A DNA stretch of 64,000 bases from a bacterium (GCA_965203325.1 OZ241875.1:3552001-3616000); one strand, 5' to 3'. Counted from the stretch's first letter, positions 1 through 9,697 are shown. Numbers and translations: made by a program. Notes: generated from the letters alone by a model not told the origin.

Positions 1-23
1 GTCTTTCCGATCGAGAGTGTTCA

Positions 24-46
24 CCGTCATTCCGGCGGAATGACGG
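24..46. repeat. GTCATTCC-type REP palindrome
   Basis: ccgtcattccg-g-cggaatgacgg hairpin; same family at 10541-10568 and a partial copy at about 53245-53263. Confidence 0.7.
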
Positions 47-69
47 CAGTGGCCAATTCCGGGCGAGAA

Positions 70-88
70 GGGGTTTTTCAACAACCCC
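70..88 (-). mobile_element. Orphan IS1182-like terminal inverted repeat (element probably extends beyond the window start)
   Basis: Reverse complement GGGGTTGTTGAAAAACCCC differs by 1 nt from the IS TIR GGGGCTGTTGAAAAACCCC at 15667. Confidence 0.65.
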
Positions 89-103
89 GGAGGCGGCGGG
101 CTG

Positions 104-2698
104 ATGAGCCTCACCTTTTCCCTCTTGCGTCTTCTCGCGTGGCGGCGCCTCAAGGAAGAGCCGTTTCGTCTGTTGCTCACGTTGGTGGGGGTGGCCTTGG
201 GCGTCGCCGTATTCATCGCCGTCAAGATGGCGAACGAGACTTCCATCCGGGCGTTTGAGAATAGTTTGGTCGCCATCTCGGGCAAGACGCAACTGGAAGT
301 CTCCGCGGGCGGTCTGGGCGTGGATGAAAATCTCATCTTGAGGCTCCGGGCGATGCGGGAGGTGAAAAGGGCGGCGCCTGTCATTCAGCACCACGTCTGG
401 ATAAGAAAGGCGGATGGCTCAGGGGCCAAATGGCGGCGCGGCGCCCCTTCGCAAGGACGCGCCGTCCTGGCCCTGGGACTCGATTTGCTGGGAGACAATG
501 ATTTCAGGGGCTATGAGTTCGAAAATAAGTATTCGCGCGAGGAAATTCTCTCGCGCATCGCCGACCCGCAGGGTCTGTTCATCGCCCGTGGGGTGGCCGA
601 TACGCTGGGCGTCGGGAGGGGCGATTTCGTTGAGGTCGAAGCCGCGCGAAGAATGCGCTTTCGCGTCCGGGGCGTCCTGAAGCCGGAAGGCATGGCGAAG
701 TCGATGGACGGCCGCCTCCTCATCATGGACATCGGTGTCGCCCAAGAGGTGTTCGAGCGGTTCGGTCGTCTGGACAGGATCGATCTGATTCTCGAAGATG
801 GAAGCGAAATCGAATCGATCCGCGAAAAAATCCAGCGCATTCTCCCGCCCGGCGCAGTGGTTGATCGGCCCGCGCGGCGCGGACGCGACGTGGAGAAGAT
901 GCTGGCGTCGTTCCAGCTCAATCTCACCGTGCTGAGCGTCATCGCGCTGCTGGTGGGTTGTTTTCTCATCTACAACACGATGTCGGCATCCGTATTGCGG
1001 CGCAGGGGCGAAATCGCCACCCTGCGCTCACTCGGCATGACGGCGAGAGGAATCGTCTTCCTCTACGGGGCGGAGGCGCTTTGCATCGGTCTGGCGGGTT
1101 CAAGTCTCGGCGTCGCGATGGGGGCCTTCATGGCCCAGGGAGCGCTCTCGTTCATCTCCCAGACGATCAGGAACCTCTACGCGTTTCTGGAGGTGCGCTA
1201 TGTTTTATTAGGTCCCGAGACGCTCGTTTGGGGATTCGGCGTGGGCCTGGGCGTCGCTCTCGTTTCGGGACTTTTCCCGGCGATTGCGGCCTCGCGCCAG
1301 AGTCCACGCCAGGGCATTGTGGAGAGGCAGGGAATCGTGGAGGTGCGCCCCAAAGTTATTGCCGTTTTGATTGCAGGCGCCTTGATTACCGCTCTCTTCG
1401 CCTACTGGCTGAATCTCCAGGCACTGGCGGGGGGAACCCCTTTCCCCGGCTATCTCTCGGCGGCGGCGGTCATCCTGGCCGCCGCGCTGGCGAGTCTGCC
1501 GGTCGTCTTGCTGGGTTCGATCATCATCCGGCGGGTGCTGGGCGGCGTCTTGGAAGCGTGGCTCGCCGCGCACGGTCTGGGCAGGCACCCGCATCGAAAC
1601 GCGGTTACACTCTCCTCACTGGCGATAGCCGTGGCCATGCTGGTGAGCCTGATCATCATGATCGAGAGTTTCCGCGCCACGGTGGAAATCTGGACGCATC
1701 AGACGCTGAGAGCCGACTTCTACGCCGCGCCCGCATCGCGCTTCATCAAGGGTTCAAAGGCGAGCATTTCAGAGGATGCGTTGAAAACTATTCGTAGTGT
1801 TCGAGGCGTCGCGGCGGTCGATGGCTTCCGGGCCATACGCCTGCCCTGGCGCGGAGAGCGCATCACGCTGGCTGGCGGTGATTTCCGCATCGTGGCCGAA
1901 AGGGGCCGCCTGCTGTTCCTGGACGGCGACTCGAAAGAAACGCTCACGCGGGCGAAGAGGCGCGGCGAGGCCATCGTTACCGAGACGTTCTCGAACCTCT
2001 ACGTTGTCAAGAAAGGAGACCTCCTGCGCCTCCCGGCTCCTGGAGGCGAGGTCGCGGTGCGCGTTGCGGGCGTGTATTACGACTACACCACCGACGGCGG
2101 GTTCGTCGTGGTGGATCGCGCGTTCCTGAAAAAACACTGGAGGGATGATCGCTTGAGCTCCCTTGCGATATATCTCACGGAAAACGCGCGGCCGGAAGGA
2201 GTGCGCAAATCGCTCGGAGATGTTCTCGACCCCACCATGGTGCTGATATCGAACGCGGGCCTCAAAAAGCGCGTATCGAACATCTTCGACCAGACGTTCG
2301 CCATCACGTATGCGCTGGAGTTCATCGCCGTTCTGGTGGCCCTGCTCGGCGTGGCCACGGGGCTGAGCTCGAACATACTGGAGCGCGTTCACGAAATCGG
2401 CGCGCTGCGCGCCATGGGTTTGAACCGCAAGGGAATCATAAGCGCAATCATGGGGGAGGCGGTCATTCTGGGCGCACTCTCGGTTTTGGTCGGCCTTGCG
2501 GCGGGCGTGTGTCTGGCGGCCATCCTGATCTTCGTCGTCAACAAGCTCAGTTTCGGCTGGACGATTCAGTATATCTTCGCCTGGAAGGGCATGGTTGCTT
2601 ATCTTCTCGTCGTGGTTCTCGCTTCGCTGGCGGCGAGCTGGCTTCCCGCGAGGGCAGCGGCGGGCATCCCCATTCGGGAGGCGTTGAGCGAGGAATGA
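104..2698 (+). CDS. FtsX/MacB-family ABC transporter permease (double FtsX, AttF/G-like)
   Basis: 864 aa; two MacB-periplasmic plus FtsX transmembrane repeats, motifs RRGEIATLRSLG and ERVHEIGALRAMG. Confidence 0.9.
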   Translation: MSLTFSLLRLLAWRRLKEEPFRLLLTLVGVALGVAVFIAVKMANETSIRAFENSLVAISGKTQLEVSAGGLGVDENLILRLRAMREVKRAAPVIQHHVWIRKADGSGAKWRRGAPSQGRAVLALGLDLLGDNDFRGYEFENKYSREEILSRIADPQGLFIARGVADTLGVGRGDFVEVEAARRMRFRVRGVLKPEGMAKSMDGRLLIMDIGVAQEVFERFGRLDRIDLILEDGSEIESIREKIQRILPPGAVVDRPARRGRDVEKMLASFQLNLTVLSVIALLVGCFLIYNTMSASVLRRRGEIATLRSLGMTARGIVFLYGAEALCIGLAGSSLGVAMGAFMAQGALSFISQTIRNLYAFLEVRYVLLGPETLVWGFGVGLGVALVSGLFPAIAASRQSPRQGIVERQGIVEVRPKVIAVLIAGALITALFAYWLNLQALAGGTPFPGYLSAAAVILAAALASLPVVLLGSIIIRRVLGGVLEAWLAAHGLGRHPHRNAVTLSSLAIAVAMLVSLIIMIESFRATVEIWTHQTLRADFYAAPASRFIKGSKASISEDALKTIRSVRGVAAVDGFRAIRLPWRGERITLAGGDFRIVAERGRLLFLDGDSKETLTRAKRRGEAIVTETFSNLYVVKKGDLLRLPAPGGEVAVRVAGVYYDYTTDGGFVVVDRAFLKKHWRDDRLSSLAIYLTENARPEGVRKSLGDVLDPTMVLISNAGLKKRVSNIFDQTFAITYALEFIAVLVALLGVATGLSSNILERVHEIGALRAMGLNRKGIISAIMGEAVILGALSVLVGLAAGVCLAAILIFVVNKLSFGWTIQYIFAWKGMVAYLLVVVLASLAASWLPARAAAGIPIREALSEE

Positions 2699-3807
2699 AG
2701 AAACTGATTCCATCTCTTCTGGCCGCCGTCATCATCCTGGGCGCTGTGCCCGCGCATCCCGCAAACTGGCGGCAAGCGCTGCCCGGCTATCGCTACCAGT
2801 TCCCCAGAGACCACGGCGCGCACGAGGCGTTCCGAACGGAGTGGTGGTATTTCTCGGGAAATTTGCAGGATGCCGAGGGCGGGGAATACCCGTTCATGCT
2901 CACGTTTTTCAGGGCGGGGCTTCGACCGGGAGCGCCCCGGAAGTCGAAAAGCCGCTGGGCGCTCCGGAATCTCTATTTCGGGCATTTCTCGGTCCTGGAC
3001 GCGAAGCGGAAGAAGCACCGGTTTTCCGAGCGAATCAGCCGGGGCGAACTCGAACAGGCGGGCGCGTCGGAGAAGGGCCTCGAGGTCTGGCTGCGCGACT
3101 GGCGCGCCGATAGCAAGGGCGGGGAAGGCGAATCTTCGTTCCGGATAAGCGCGGCGGCGCCCGGGATGAAGCTGCGCCTCGATCTGAAACCTGCGAAACC
3201 CCTCGTGATTCACGGCGAAGACGGAGTGAGCCGGAAGGCGCCGGGTCTGGGGCGCGCCTCTCACTATTATTCCTATACGCGGCTTCTCGCGTCGGGCGTC
3301 CTCGAATTGGAGGGGAGGAAGATTGAGGTGCGCGGAACGGCGTGGATGGACCATGAGTTCGGCTCGAACCAGTTGACGAAGGATCAGGTGGGGTGGGACT
3401 GGCTGAGCCTCCAGTTGTCCGACGGCCGGGATTTGATGTTATATCTCATGAGGCGAAAAGACGGGAGCGTGGAGCCCACGAGCAGCGGCACGCTGGTGGA
3501 GGCGGACGGCAGCGCGGCGCATCTGCGCCTCGGGGATTTCCGCTTCGAGGGTCTGGATACCTGGAAGAGCGAGCGAAGCGGTGCCGTCTATCCCATGGGC
3601 TGGGAGGTCGAGGTTCCGGCGCACGGCCTGCGCTTGCGGGTTGCGCCGTATGCCCGCGCGCAGGAGATTGAATCGAAAGGCAGTACGGGCATCACCTATT
3701 GGGAAGGGGGCGTTTTCGCCGAAAGCGCCCCGGGCGAAAAAAAGCTCACGGGGGTGGGATTTGTCGAGATGACGGGGTACGCTCCCGAGGGACGACCCAA
3801 ATTCTGA
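2695..3807 (+). CDS. Secreted lipocalin-like protein, carotenoid 1,2-hydratase (AttH/CrtC) family
   Basis: ATGA overlap with the permease; signal peptide; motifs FPRDHGAH, TEWWYFSG, SHYYSYTR, AWMDHEF, GWDWLSLQL, YWEG, GFVEMTGY. Confidence 0.85.
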   Translation: MKKLIPSLLAAVIILGAVPAHPANWRQALPGYRYQFPRDHGAHEAFRTEWWYFSGNLQDAEGGEYPFMLTFFRAGLRPGAPRKSKSRWALRNLYFGHFSVLDAKRKKHRFSERISRGELEQAGASEKGLEVWLRDWRADSKGGEGESSFRISAAAPGMKLRLDLKPAKPLVIHGEDGVSRKAPGLGRASHYYSYTRLLASGVLELEGRKIEVRGTAWMDHEFGSNQLTKDQVGWDWLSLQLSDGRDLMLYLMRRKDGSVEPTSSGTLVEADGSAAHLRLGDFRFEGLDTWKSERSGAVYPMGWEVEVPAHGLRLRVAPYARAQEIESKGSTGITYWEGGVFAESAPGEKKLTGVGFVEMTGYAPEGRPKF

Positions 3808-3856
3808 TTTTCATATTCCCCTCGGGGAGATGGCTTCGTATGTTTGGAGATGCGAG

Positions 3857-4753
3857 ATGACGGAAAGCGCGAATATCGGAATCGTAGGGCTCGGCCTCAT
3901 GGGAACGGCCATGAGCCAGAAGCTGATGGAAGCGGGGCACCGCGTGCGCGGGTTCGACATCGACGGGAGCAGGCTCGATGCCCTCGCCGAAAACGGGGGC
4001 ACGCCTACGGGCTCGGCGGCGGAGGCGGCGGAGGATGCGCAGTTCGTCATCATCTCCCTGCTCTACAGCCACGTCGTCCGCGAAAGCTGTCTGGGCGATG
4101 GGGGCATCGCGGGCGTGGCGCGGGAGGGCCTCATCATCATCGACACCTCGACTGCGAGCCCCGATGACTCGGAAAAACTCGGGGCAGACCTCCGCGCCAG
4201 GAACATCGGCTTTCTCGATGCGAGCCTGAGCGGTTCGCGCAACCAGGTGCTCGACGGGCAGATCGTCTCCGTCGTCGGGGGCGAGGAGAGCGATTTCGAG
4301 AAGGCGGAGCCGATTCTGGCCACCTTCGCCCGCTCCATCCACCACATGGGGCCGTGCGGGGCGGGTGCGCGGACGAAGCTCGTCATCAACCTCGTGCTGG
4401 GTCTCACGCGCCTGGCGCTCTCGGAGGGTCTCGTTCTGGGGATGAAGTCGGGCCTCGAAATGGAGGGCCTGCTCGAAGTGCTCAAGGACAGCGCGGCCTA
4501 CAGCAAGGCCATGGACCAGCGCGGCCCCCGCATGATCCACGCGGATTACGATAATCCCCTCTCGCGCATCAAACAGCACCACAAGGACGTGCGGCTCATG
4601 CTGGAGCAGGGCCAGAAGCTCGGCTCCCCCATGCTGCTCAGCTCCGTGCACCAGCAGGTGCTTCAGGCCGCCGAGCATGGCGGGCTCGCCGATGCGGACA
4701 CGTCGGCCATCATCGAGGTATTCAGGCGCATGGCGGGCATCCCCTCCCGCTAG
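3857..4753 (+). CDS. NAD(P)-dependent beta-hydroxyacid dehydrogenase (3-hydroxyisobutyrate/tartronate semialdehyde reductase family)
   Basis: GLGLMG Rossmann motif, DASLSG, catalytic K in KLVINL, C-terminal KDVRL. Confidence 0.9.
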   Translation: MTESANIGIVGLGLMGTAMSQKLMEAGHRVRGFDIDGSRLDALAENGGTPTGSAAEAAEDAQFVIISLLYSHVVRESCLGDGGIAGVAREGLIIIDTSTASPDDSEKLGADLRARNIGFLDASLSGSRNQVLDGQIVSVVGGEESDFEKAEPILATFARSIHHMGPCGAGARTKLVINLVLGLTRLALSEGLVLGMKSGLEMEGLLEVLKDSAAYSKAMDQRGPRMIHADYDNPLSRIKQHHKDVRLMLEQGQKLGSPMLLSSVHQQVLQAAEHGGLADADTSAIIEVFRRMAGIPSR

Positions 4754-4789
4754 GCGTATGGCTCATACACATTGGAAGGATCCCAAGAC

Positions 4790-6391
4790 ATGGTGAAAAG
4801 AATATCGCCGGTTGTACTCAAGGAATTGATGGAAAGCGACCGCCCGCACGCGGTGCTCGACGTGCGCGACCCGATGGAGTTTCACGAAAAGCAGATATTC
4901 ATGACCACGAACGCCCCGCGCGGTGACATCGAGTTTCTGGCCGCGCGCCTCGTGCCCGTCAGGGCGACGCCCGTGGTCTGCATGGACGAGGGCGGTTCGA
5001 GGGTGGAACTCGTCGCGGCGCTTCTCGAAGAGTGCGGCTATACGGACGTCTCCGTGCTCGAAGGCGGCCTCGGCGCGTGGGAGGCGCAGGCGTATCCCAC
5101 GGCTTCGGGAACGAACGTGCCGAGCAAGGACTTCGGCGAGCGGATTCACGTGGAAAACGCGGTGCCCGAGATTACGGCGCGGGAACTATATGAGCTGATC
5201 GAGAGCGATGCGCCGCCGCGCATCTTCGACACGAGGACGGAGGTGGAATTCGAGCGCTTCTGCGTCCCCACCGGGCGGAGCCTGCCGGGAGGCGAACTCA
5301 TCCTCCACGCGTGGGATCTGGATCAGGACAAGGAAACGCCCCTCATCATCAACTGCGCGGGCCGGACCCGCAGCATCATCGGCACGCAGGCGCTTCACCG
5401 GCTGGGCGTCACGCACGCGCGAGCGCTCAAAAACGGCGGCATGGGCATCATGCTGGAAGGCTTGCAGCTGGAGGAAGGAACACCGAGCGAGATTCCCGCT
5501 CCCTCAGAAGAAAGCCGCGCCCACGGGGAGGTACTCGGCGCCCGGGTGGCCGAAGAAGAGGGGATACCCTTCGTCTCCGCCCAAGAGCTTCAAGCGCTTC
5601 AGGCGGAAGCCGACTCCAGCACGCTCTACGTGCTCGACGTGCGCCTGGCGCCCGAGTTCTCGGAAGGCCACATTCCGGGGGCCATCTCCATCCCCGGCGG
5701 GCAGGCGGCGCAGCGCACCGACGAGGTGATCGCCGTGCGCGCGGGGAAAATCGTGACCTATTGCGACAAGAACGCGCGCGGCGTCATGGCGGCCTACTGG
5801 CTGCGCCAGATGGGGCTCGACGTGAGCGTACTGCGCGGCGGCCTCACGGCGTGGCAGGCGGCGGGAGCAGCGCTCTCGACGCCCAGCGAGGCGGCTTCGG
5901 GAGAAAGCCCGGCAGGGGCGGGCGAGATTCTCCTCCTGGAAAAGGCGCGTGCGCAGACGCGCGCCTATTCGGCAGGGGAAGCGAGCGCCAGGAGGCAGAG
6001 GTTCGGCGCGGTTCTGGACGTGGATTTGAGTTCCTCCTACGAGCGGTGCCATCTGCCGGGGTCCGTATGGGTATCCCGGAGCCGGCTGGAGGAGGAGGCG
6101 CCCGAGCGGGCGGTGAACAAGAGAGCGCGGGTGATGTGCGTTTGCGAGGACGGGCGAAAATCCGCCCTGAGCGCGCTCGCGCTCCAAGGACTCGGCTACC
6201 GCAGGGTCGGTTATCTCGAAGGCGGCAAGGCGGCCTGGCGGGAGGCGGGGTTTTCTCTCGATGCCGGGCGCGAGGGGCTGGATGAACTGCCCAAAGACGT
6301 CCAGCTCAAGCCCTACGACATCGGGCGCAGCGCGATGGAGGGCTACCTCACCTGGGAGGAGAATCTCGGGAAGAAATACGCGCGCAAGTAA
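4790..6391 (+). CDS. Four-domain rhodanese/sulfurtransferase
   Basis: Repeated LDVR..EF..H(I)PG and L.GG..AW motifs; domain 2 active-site loop CAGRTR. Confidence 0.85.
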   Translation: MVKRISPVVLKELMESDRPHAVLDVRDPMEFHEKQIFMTTNAPRGDIEFLAARLVPVRATPVVCMDEGGSRVELVAALLEECGYTDVSVLEGGLGAWEAQAYPTASGTNVPSKDFGERIHVENAVPEITARELYELIESDAPPRIFDTRTEVEFERFCVPTGRSLPGGELILHAWDLDQDKETPLIINCAGRTRSIIGTQALHRLGVTHARALKNGGMGIMLEGLQLEEGTPSEIPAPSEESRAHGEVLGARVAEEEGIPFVSAQELQALQAEADSSTLYVLDVRLAPEFSEGHIPGAISIPGGQAAQRTDEVIAVRAGKIVTYCDKNARGVMAAYWLRQMGLDVSVLRGGLTAWQAAGAALSTPSEAASGESPAGAGEILLLEKARAQTRAYSAGEASARRQRFGAVLDVDLSSSYERCHLPGSVWVSRSRLEEEAPERAVNKRARVMCVCEDGRKSALSALALQGLGYRRVGYLEGGKAAWREAGFSLDAGREGLDELPKDVQLKPYDIGRSAMEGYLTWEENLGKKYARK

Positions 6392-6410
6392 CGGGCGGCG
6401 TCTTCCGGGT

Positions 6411-6860
6411 CTATTCCGGGTGCGTGGGGTTGGGCGACAGGCCCGGCCGCTGTTTTCTCGCGTTCAGCGAGGCGATGATCTCGAATTCGAGATTTTCGTT
6501 GTAGGCGTTCACCTGCCTCGGAATCGTGAACAGATCCACGATCCACCACACGCCGTAGACGAGCAGACCCAGCACGCCCAAGAGCATGGCCGGAGCGCCC
6601 CCTTCGATATTCTCATGGGCCATGGCTCCGCCAAATAGCGCCAGCATGATCAAAATCCACGGCGCGACGACGTAGGCGATACCCGTCGCGATTCTGCCCA
6701 GATAGAACTTGTGCAGCCCCAGCCAACTGAGAAAAAACCAGAGCGCAAACGTAACGCCCGTCGATTTCCGGCGGCGGTCGAGTTCGATGTTCAGGATGTG
6801 GAGTTCGCGCTCGTCCAGCCCGCCCTTGAGCGTGATGAGCCTCTCGCTTTGGTTCATCAT
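6411..6860 (-). CDS. TM2-domain membrane protein
   Basis: RRKSTGVTFALWFFLSWLGLHKFYLG and WWIVDLFTIP motifs; TGATG coupling to the upstream gene. Confidence 0.85.
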   Translation of the reverse strand: MMNQSERLITLKGGLDERELHILNIELDRRRKSTGVTFALWFFLSWLGLHKFYLGRIATGIAYVVAPWILIMLALFGGAMAHENIEGGAPAMLLGVLGLLVYGVWWIVDLFTIPRQVNAYNENLEFEIIASLNARKQRPGLSPNPTHPE

Positions 6861-7450
6861 CACTCGCAGTTGTTATGCCGACGCCACATTTCCGCGTTGT
6901 GGCCTTTCGGGACGTTGGCGCAGGGGTCCGCCTTGGAATAGCCCCTGAGCGCTTTGTAGGCGCGTATCTGCTTCTCGGAGAGAACCTTCAGCGTTTCGAT
7001 GTGCGCGGCCAGATGGACGTAGCGCAGTTCTTTTTTCGTTTCGGCGATGTCGCTCAAGGAAGTGCGAAGCAGCGCGTCGGTGATGGTGCGGTTGCGGAAG
7101 CCGCTCTCGAGTCGCCGCTCCAGATCGATGAGGTGCTCGCCGTGATGAATCGCCCGGCTCTTCATCCGCCGGTATATGGCGCCGATGGCCGAGCGCTGGC
7201 TCTCGTCGAGGCCGATTTCATTTTTCATCTCCAGCAAATGGATCGGCCCCGGGACGCCGTTCAACTCCGCCGCCTTGGCCAGCCCCCAGCCGCCGCCGCG
7301 CTTGAGCTCGGCGATGTCCTCCGCCGAGAGGCTCTTGATCTCCCGGCTCTGCTGGCCGGCGTATTTGGAGTGGTGGGACGATGCGTTCTCGCTCGCCTCT
7401 GCGGCGAGGCCGGGCAACAACATTACGAGAGTCAACAAAACTCTGAACAT
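6860..7450 (-). CDS. Periplasmic helical protein, Spy/CpxP-like (possibly metal-binding)
   Basis: Signal peptide; YAGQQSREIKSLS..GGGWGLAKAAELNGVPGP; LSEKQ..Y..LRGY. Confidence 0.6.
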   Translation of the reverse strand: MFRVLLTLVMLLPGLAAEASENASSHHSKYAGQQSREIKSLSAEDIAELKRGGGWGLAKAAELNGVPGPIHLLEMKNEIGLDESQRSAIGAIYRRMKSRAIHHGEHLIDLERRLESGFRNRTITDALLRTSLSDIAETKKELRYVHLAAHIETLKVLSEKQIRAYKALRGYSKADPCANVPKGHNAEMWRRHNNCE

Positions 7451-7524
7451 GGGAACCTCTCCTTGCGCTTGCTTCCGCCCCGTGTGCGCGGCGGGGCGTC
7501 TTTTGCTTTGGCGGCGTTTTTTGC

Positions 7525-7809
7525 TCAGGCGTTGATGATGCCCGGTTCGTTCCGGCTGATGTCCCACCCCTTCGATTTCATGAAGTCTTTGAATCTTACC
7601 CAGTCGAATTTGCCGGATTCACGGAACCCGAGGATGGATTCCCGCGACAGGTGTTTCTTCATCCATAGGTAGAGCGGCTCTCCGAGCGTGTCGTGGTGCC
7701 TGGCGGCGAATTCGACCAGCGGAATTCCCTCGGGTTCGAGCACGATCCAGTAGCTGCTTCTGTATTTTACCAGCTTCAAATCTTCTTCCAAAGGCTTGTG
7801 GTCGTTCAT
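7525..7809 (-). CDS. Hypothetical protein (94 aa)
   Basis: ORF with protein-like composition, co-oriented with its neighbours. Confidence 0.5.
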   Translation of the reverse strand: MNDHKPLEEDLKLVKYRSSYWIVLEPEGIPLVEFAARHHDTLGEPLYLWMKKHLSRESILGFRESGKFDWVRFKDFMKSKGWDISRNEPGIINA

Positions 7810-7970
7810 TTTTTGTTCGAATCCTCGTGATGATTGCGGCGGATCCGTGCGGTTTTTCGTTCGATTCGGCGCCTGCGGCCCGCCCGTGATGCGCTCGCGT
7901 GTCGTGAGAATATAACAAGGTCCCTTGCGCAATGGAATAAAATAAATTCGAGACCTAAAGCCCGGAACCT

Positions 7971-8621
7971 TCACTCCCACTTTCTGCGCATCATCTTGAC
8001 GAGTTCGGCGCCCGATTCGCCCGCATCGAACCTTCGGGTGAACTCATCTTCGATTTCCATCACGATTCGGGTCCGCTCGCGCACAGCTTCGGTGTGATCC
8101 TGCGGAACCACGGCCACGCCGTCTGCATCGGCGACCACGATGTCCCCCGGCGCAACCCGCACCCCGCAGCAGGTGACGGTAGTGTCGCGCTCGGCGGCGA
8201 CGAGCCGCTTCGAGTAGGGCAGGGGCCTCGCGCCGCAGCACCACACGGGCAGGCCCAGCTCCCTGATTTCCAGAACGTCGCGCGCGCGCCCGTCCGTGAT
8301 GACGCCCGCCGCACCGCGCCTGTGGATGACGCGTGCGCCGTTGGCTCCCAGGACGGCCATGTCGCTCCCTCCGGTGGCGAGTACGACGAACTTGCCGGGC
8401 TCCATCTCCTCGTGCGTTCCGTAGAGGCTCACGCGGGAGGGATTCACCTCGCCCTCGACGGGCTCGAAGCGCATGGTGGCCGCAGGCGCTGCGACGCGCT
8501 CCTCCGTGAAGGGCGTGAGCGGGCCGACGTCTTTCATGATGAGGTCGAGGTCCAGAAATATCGAGGCGTCCGCGATGGCGGTCGTCGGCGCGCGGGAGAA
8601 GAATTCGAGAGCGTCTTCCAT
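7971..8621 (-). CDS. RraA/HMG aldolase family protein
   Basis: TTAIADA, GAAGVITDGRARD, V.PGDIVVADADGV motifs; GGAG RBS before ATG 8621. Confidence 0.88.
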   Translation of the reverse strand: MEDALEFFSRAPTTAIADASIFLDLDLIMKDVGPLTPFTEERVAAPAATMRFEPVEGEVNPSRVSLYGTHEEMEPGKFVVLATGGSDMAVLGANGARVIHRRGAAGVITDGRARDVLEIRELGLPVWCCGARPLPYSKRLVAAERDTTVTCCGVRVAPGDIVVADADGVAVVPQDHTEAVRERTRIVMEIEDEFTRRFDAGESGAELVKMMRRKWE

Positions 8622-8779
8622 GGGTTTCTCCATTGGATGAAAGTCCTGAGTGTGGGGATTTCCTTGGGCGAAGCGCGGATATCGAAGTAAAAGACTACTA
8701 TGGAATGTAAAGCGGTTTGTCTATAATAGCATCGCTTGAAATTTAGATATAGGTAAGATGAATAAAGCGATGGAGGGGG

Positions 8780-9040
8780 ATGATGTCTCTAAAACGCGCA
8801 TTTACGGTGAAAGCTGTATGGGACGATGAAACGCGGGTTTTTTATTCCGTGAGCGACATCGAAGGGCTCCATATCGAAGCCGAAACGATAGAAGAGTTCG
8901 AAGAAATCCTGCAGGATGTAGCGGGTGAGCTCATCGTCGCGAATCATATCAGTTCGGATGAGTTGGTGCACAAACCCATCAGCGAGTTGATTCCTGCCGT
9001 TTTGTGGGAACGCCCGAATATCGAAGCCATGCCTGCATAA
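8780..9040 (+). CDS. DUF1902 / HicB-like antitoxin
   Basis: V.AVWDDE..V+.. SDI.GL.IEAETIEE, a partial RNase H-like HicB N-domain; GGAGG RBS. Confidence 0.8.
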   Translation: MMSLKRAFTVKAVWDDETRVFYSVSDIEGLHIEAETIEEFEEILQDVAGELIVANHISSDELVHKPISELIPAVLWERPNIEAMPA

Positions 9041-9045
9041 GAAAT

Positions 9046-9240
9046 ATGGGAGATTTTTATAAGCAGGTAACAAGAGAATTGGCTAATCGCGGATTTGCAT
9101 ACTGGAGAGCAGCCAAGGGTTCTCATGAACTCTGGCGAAACAGTGCAACCAATAAAAAAGTAATTGCTCCTAGGAAACTAACAAACAGACACACTGCAAA
9201 TGGTATTTTAAGGGTCGCAGGCAGTTCTCTAAAGGTTTGA
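9046..9240 (+). CDS. hicA: HicA-family mRNA interferase toxin
   Basis: 64 aa, basic; KGSHELW catalytic His motif and RHTANGILRVAG C-terminus. Confidence 0.85.
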   Translation: MGDFYKQVTRELANRGFAYWRAAKGSHELWRNSATNKKVIAPRKLTNRHTANGILRVAGSSLKV

Positions 9241-9447
9241 TTTTCTTTCGTTTTTCAGGCTTCCCCCTGTAAGATTCCTGAAAAAAATTCTCTTTTCAAG
9301 CACCAGAAAGGTGTGGGTGTGAGGATTGCCTTGCGCTTCGAGAAGTCTCATGTTTGAAATTCTAATTCTGATATAATAAAGTTTTATTGTACGAGCGTTC
9401 CAGAGGACCCAAATGTAAACCCGAGTCCTTAAGGAGTGCGTGGAAAA

Positions 9448-9687
9448 ATGACTGCCGAAATGATCGAAATCGCCGTATTTGGTATCGCCATCCTATCCTA
9501 CATTTACAGGATTGACAGGCGAATCTCCGCCTTGGAAGCAAGAATGTCATCTCTGGAAGCCAGGGTTTCATCCCTGGAAGCGAGCGTGTCATCCCTGGCG
9601 GCGAGCGTAGCATCGCTGGACGCAAGAATGTCTCGTCTCGAAGGCATGTTCGAGGGTTATCTGGCGGGCCAAAAATCACCTGAATAA
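9448..9687 (+). CDS. Small membrane-anchored coiled-coil protein with six heptad repeats
   Basis: AAGGAG RBS; N-terminal hydrophobic helix; heptads RISALEA, RMSSLEA, RVSSLEA, SVSSLAA, SVASLDA, RMSRLEG. Confidence 0.7.
   Translation: MTAEMIEIAVFGIAILSYIYRIDRRISALEARMSSLEARVSSLEASVSSLAASVASLDARMSRLEGMFEGYLAGQKSPE
9520..9645 (+). repeat. Six degenerate 21-bp tandem repeats (coding)
   Basis: Units such as agaatgtcatctctggaagcc, agggtttcatccctggaagcg, agcgtgtcatccctggcggcg. Confidence 0.8.
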
Positions 9688-9697
9688 TCGAGGGTTC

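Noticed and set aside
9520..9645. Possible CRISPR array
   Set aside because: Repeats are contiguous with no spacers and are in-frame coding heptads
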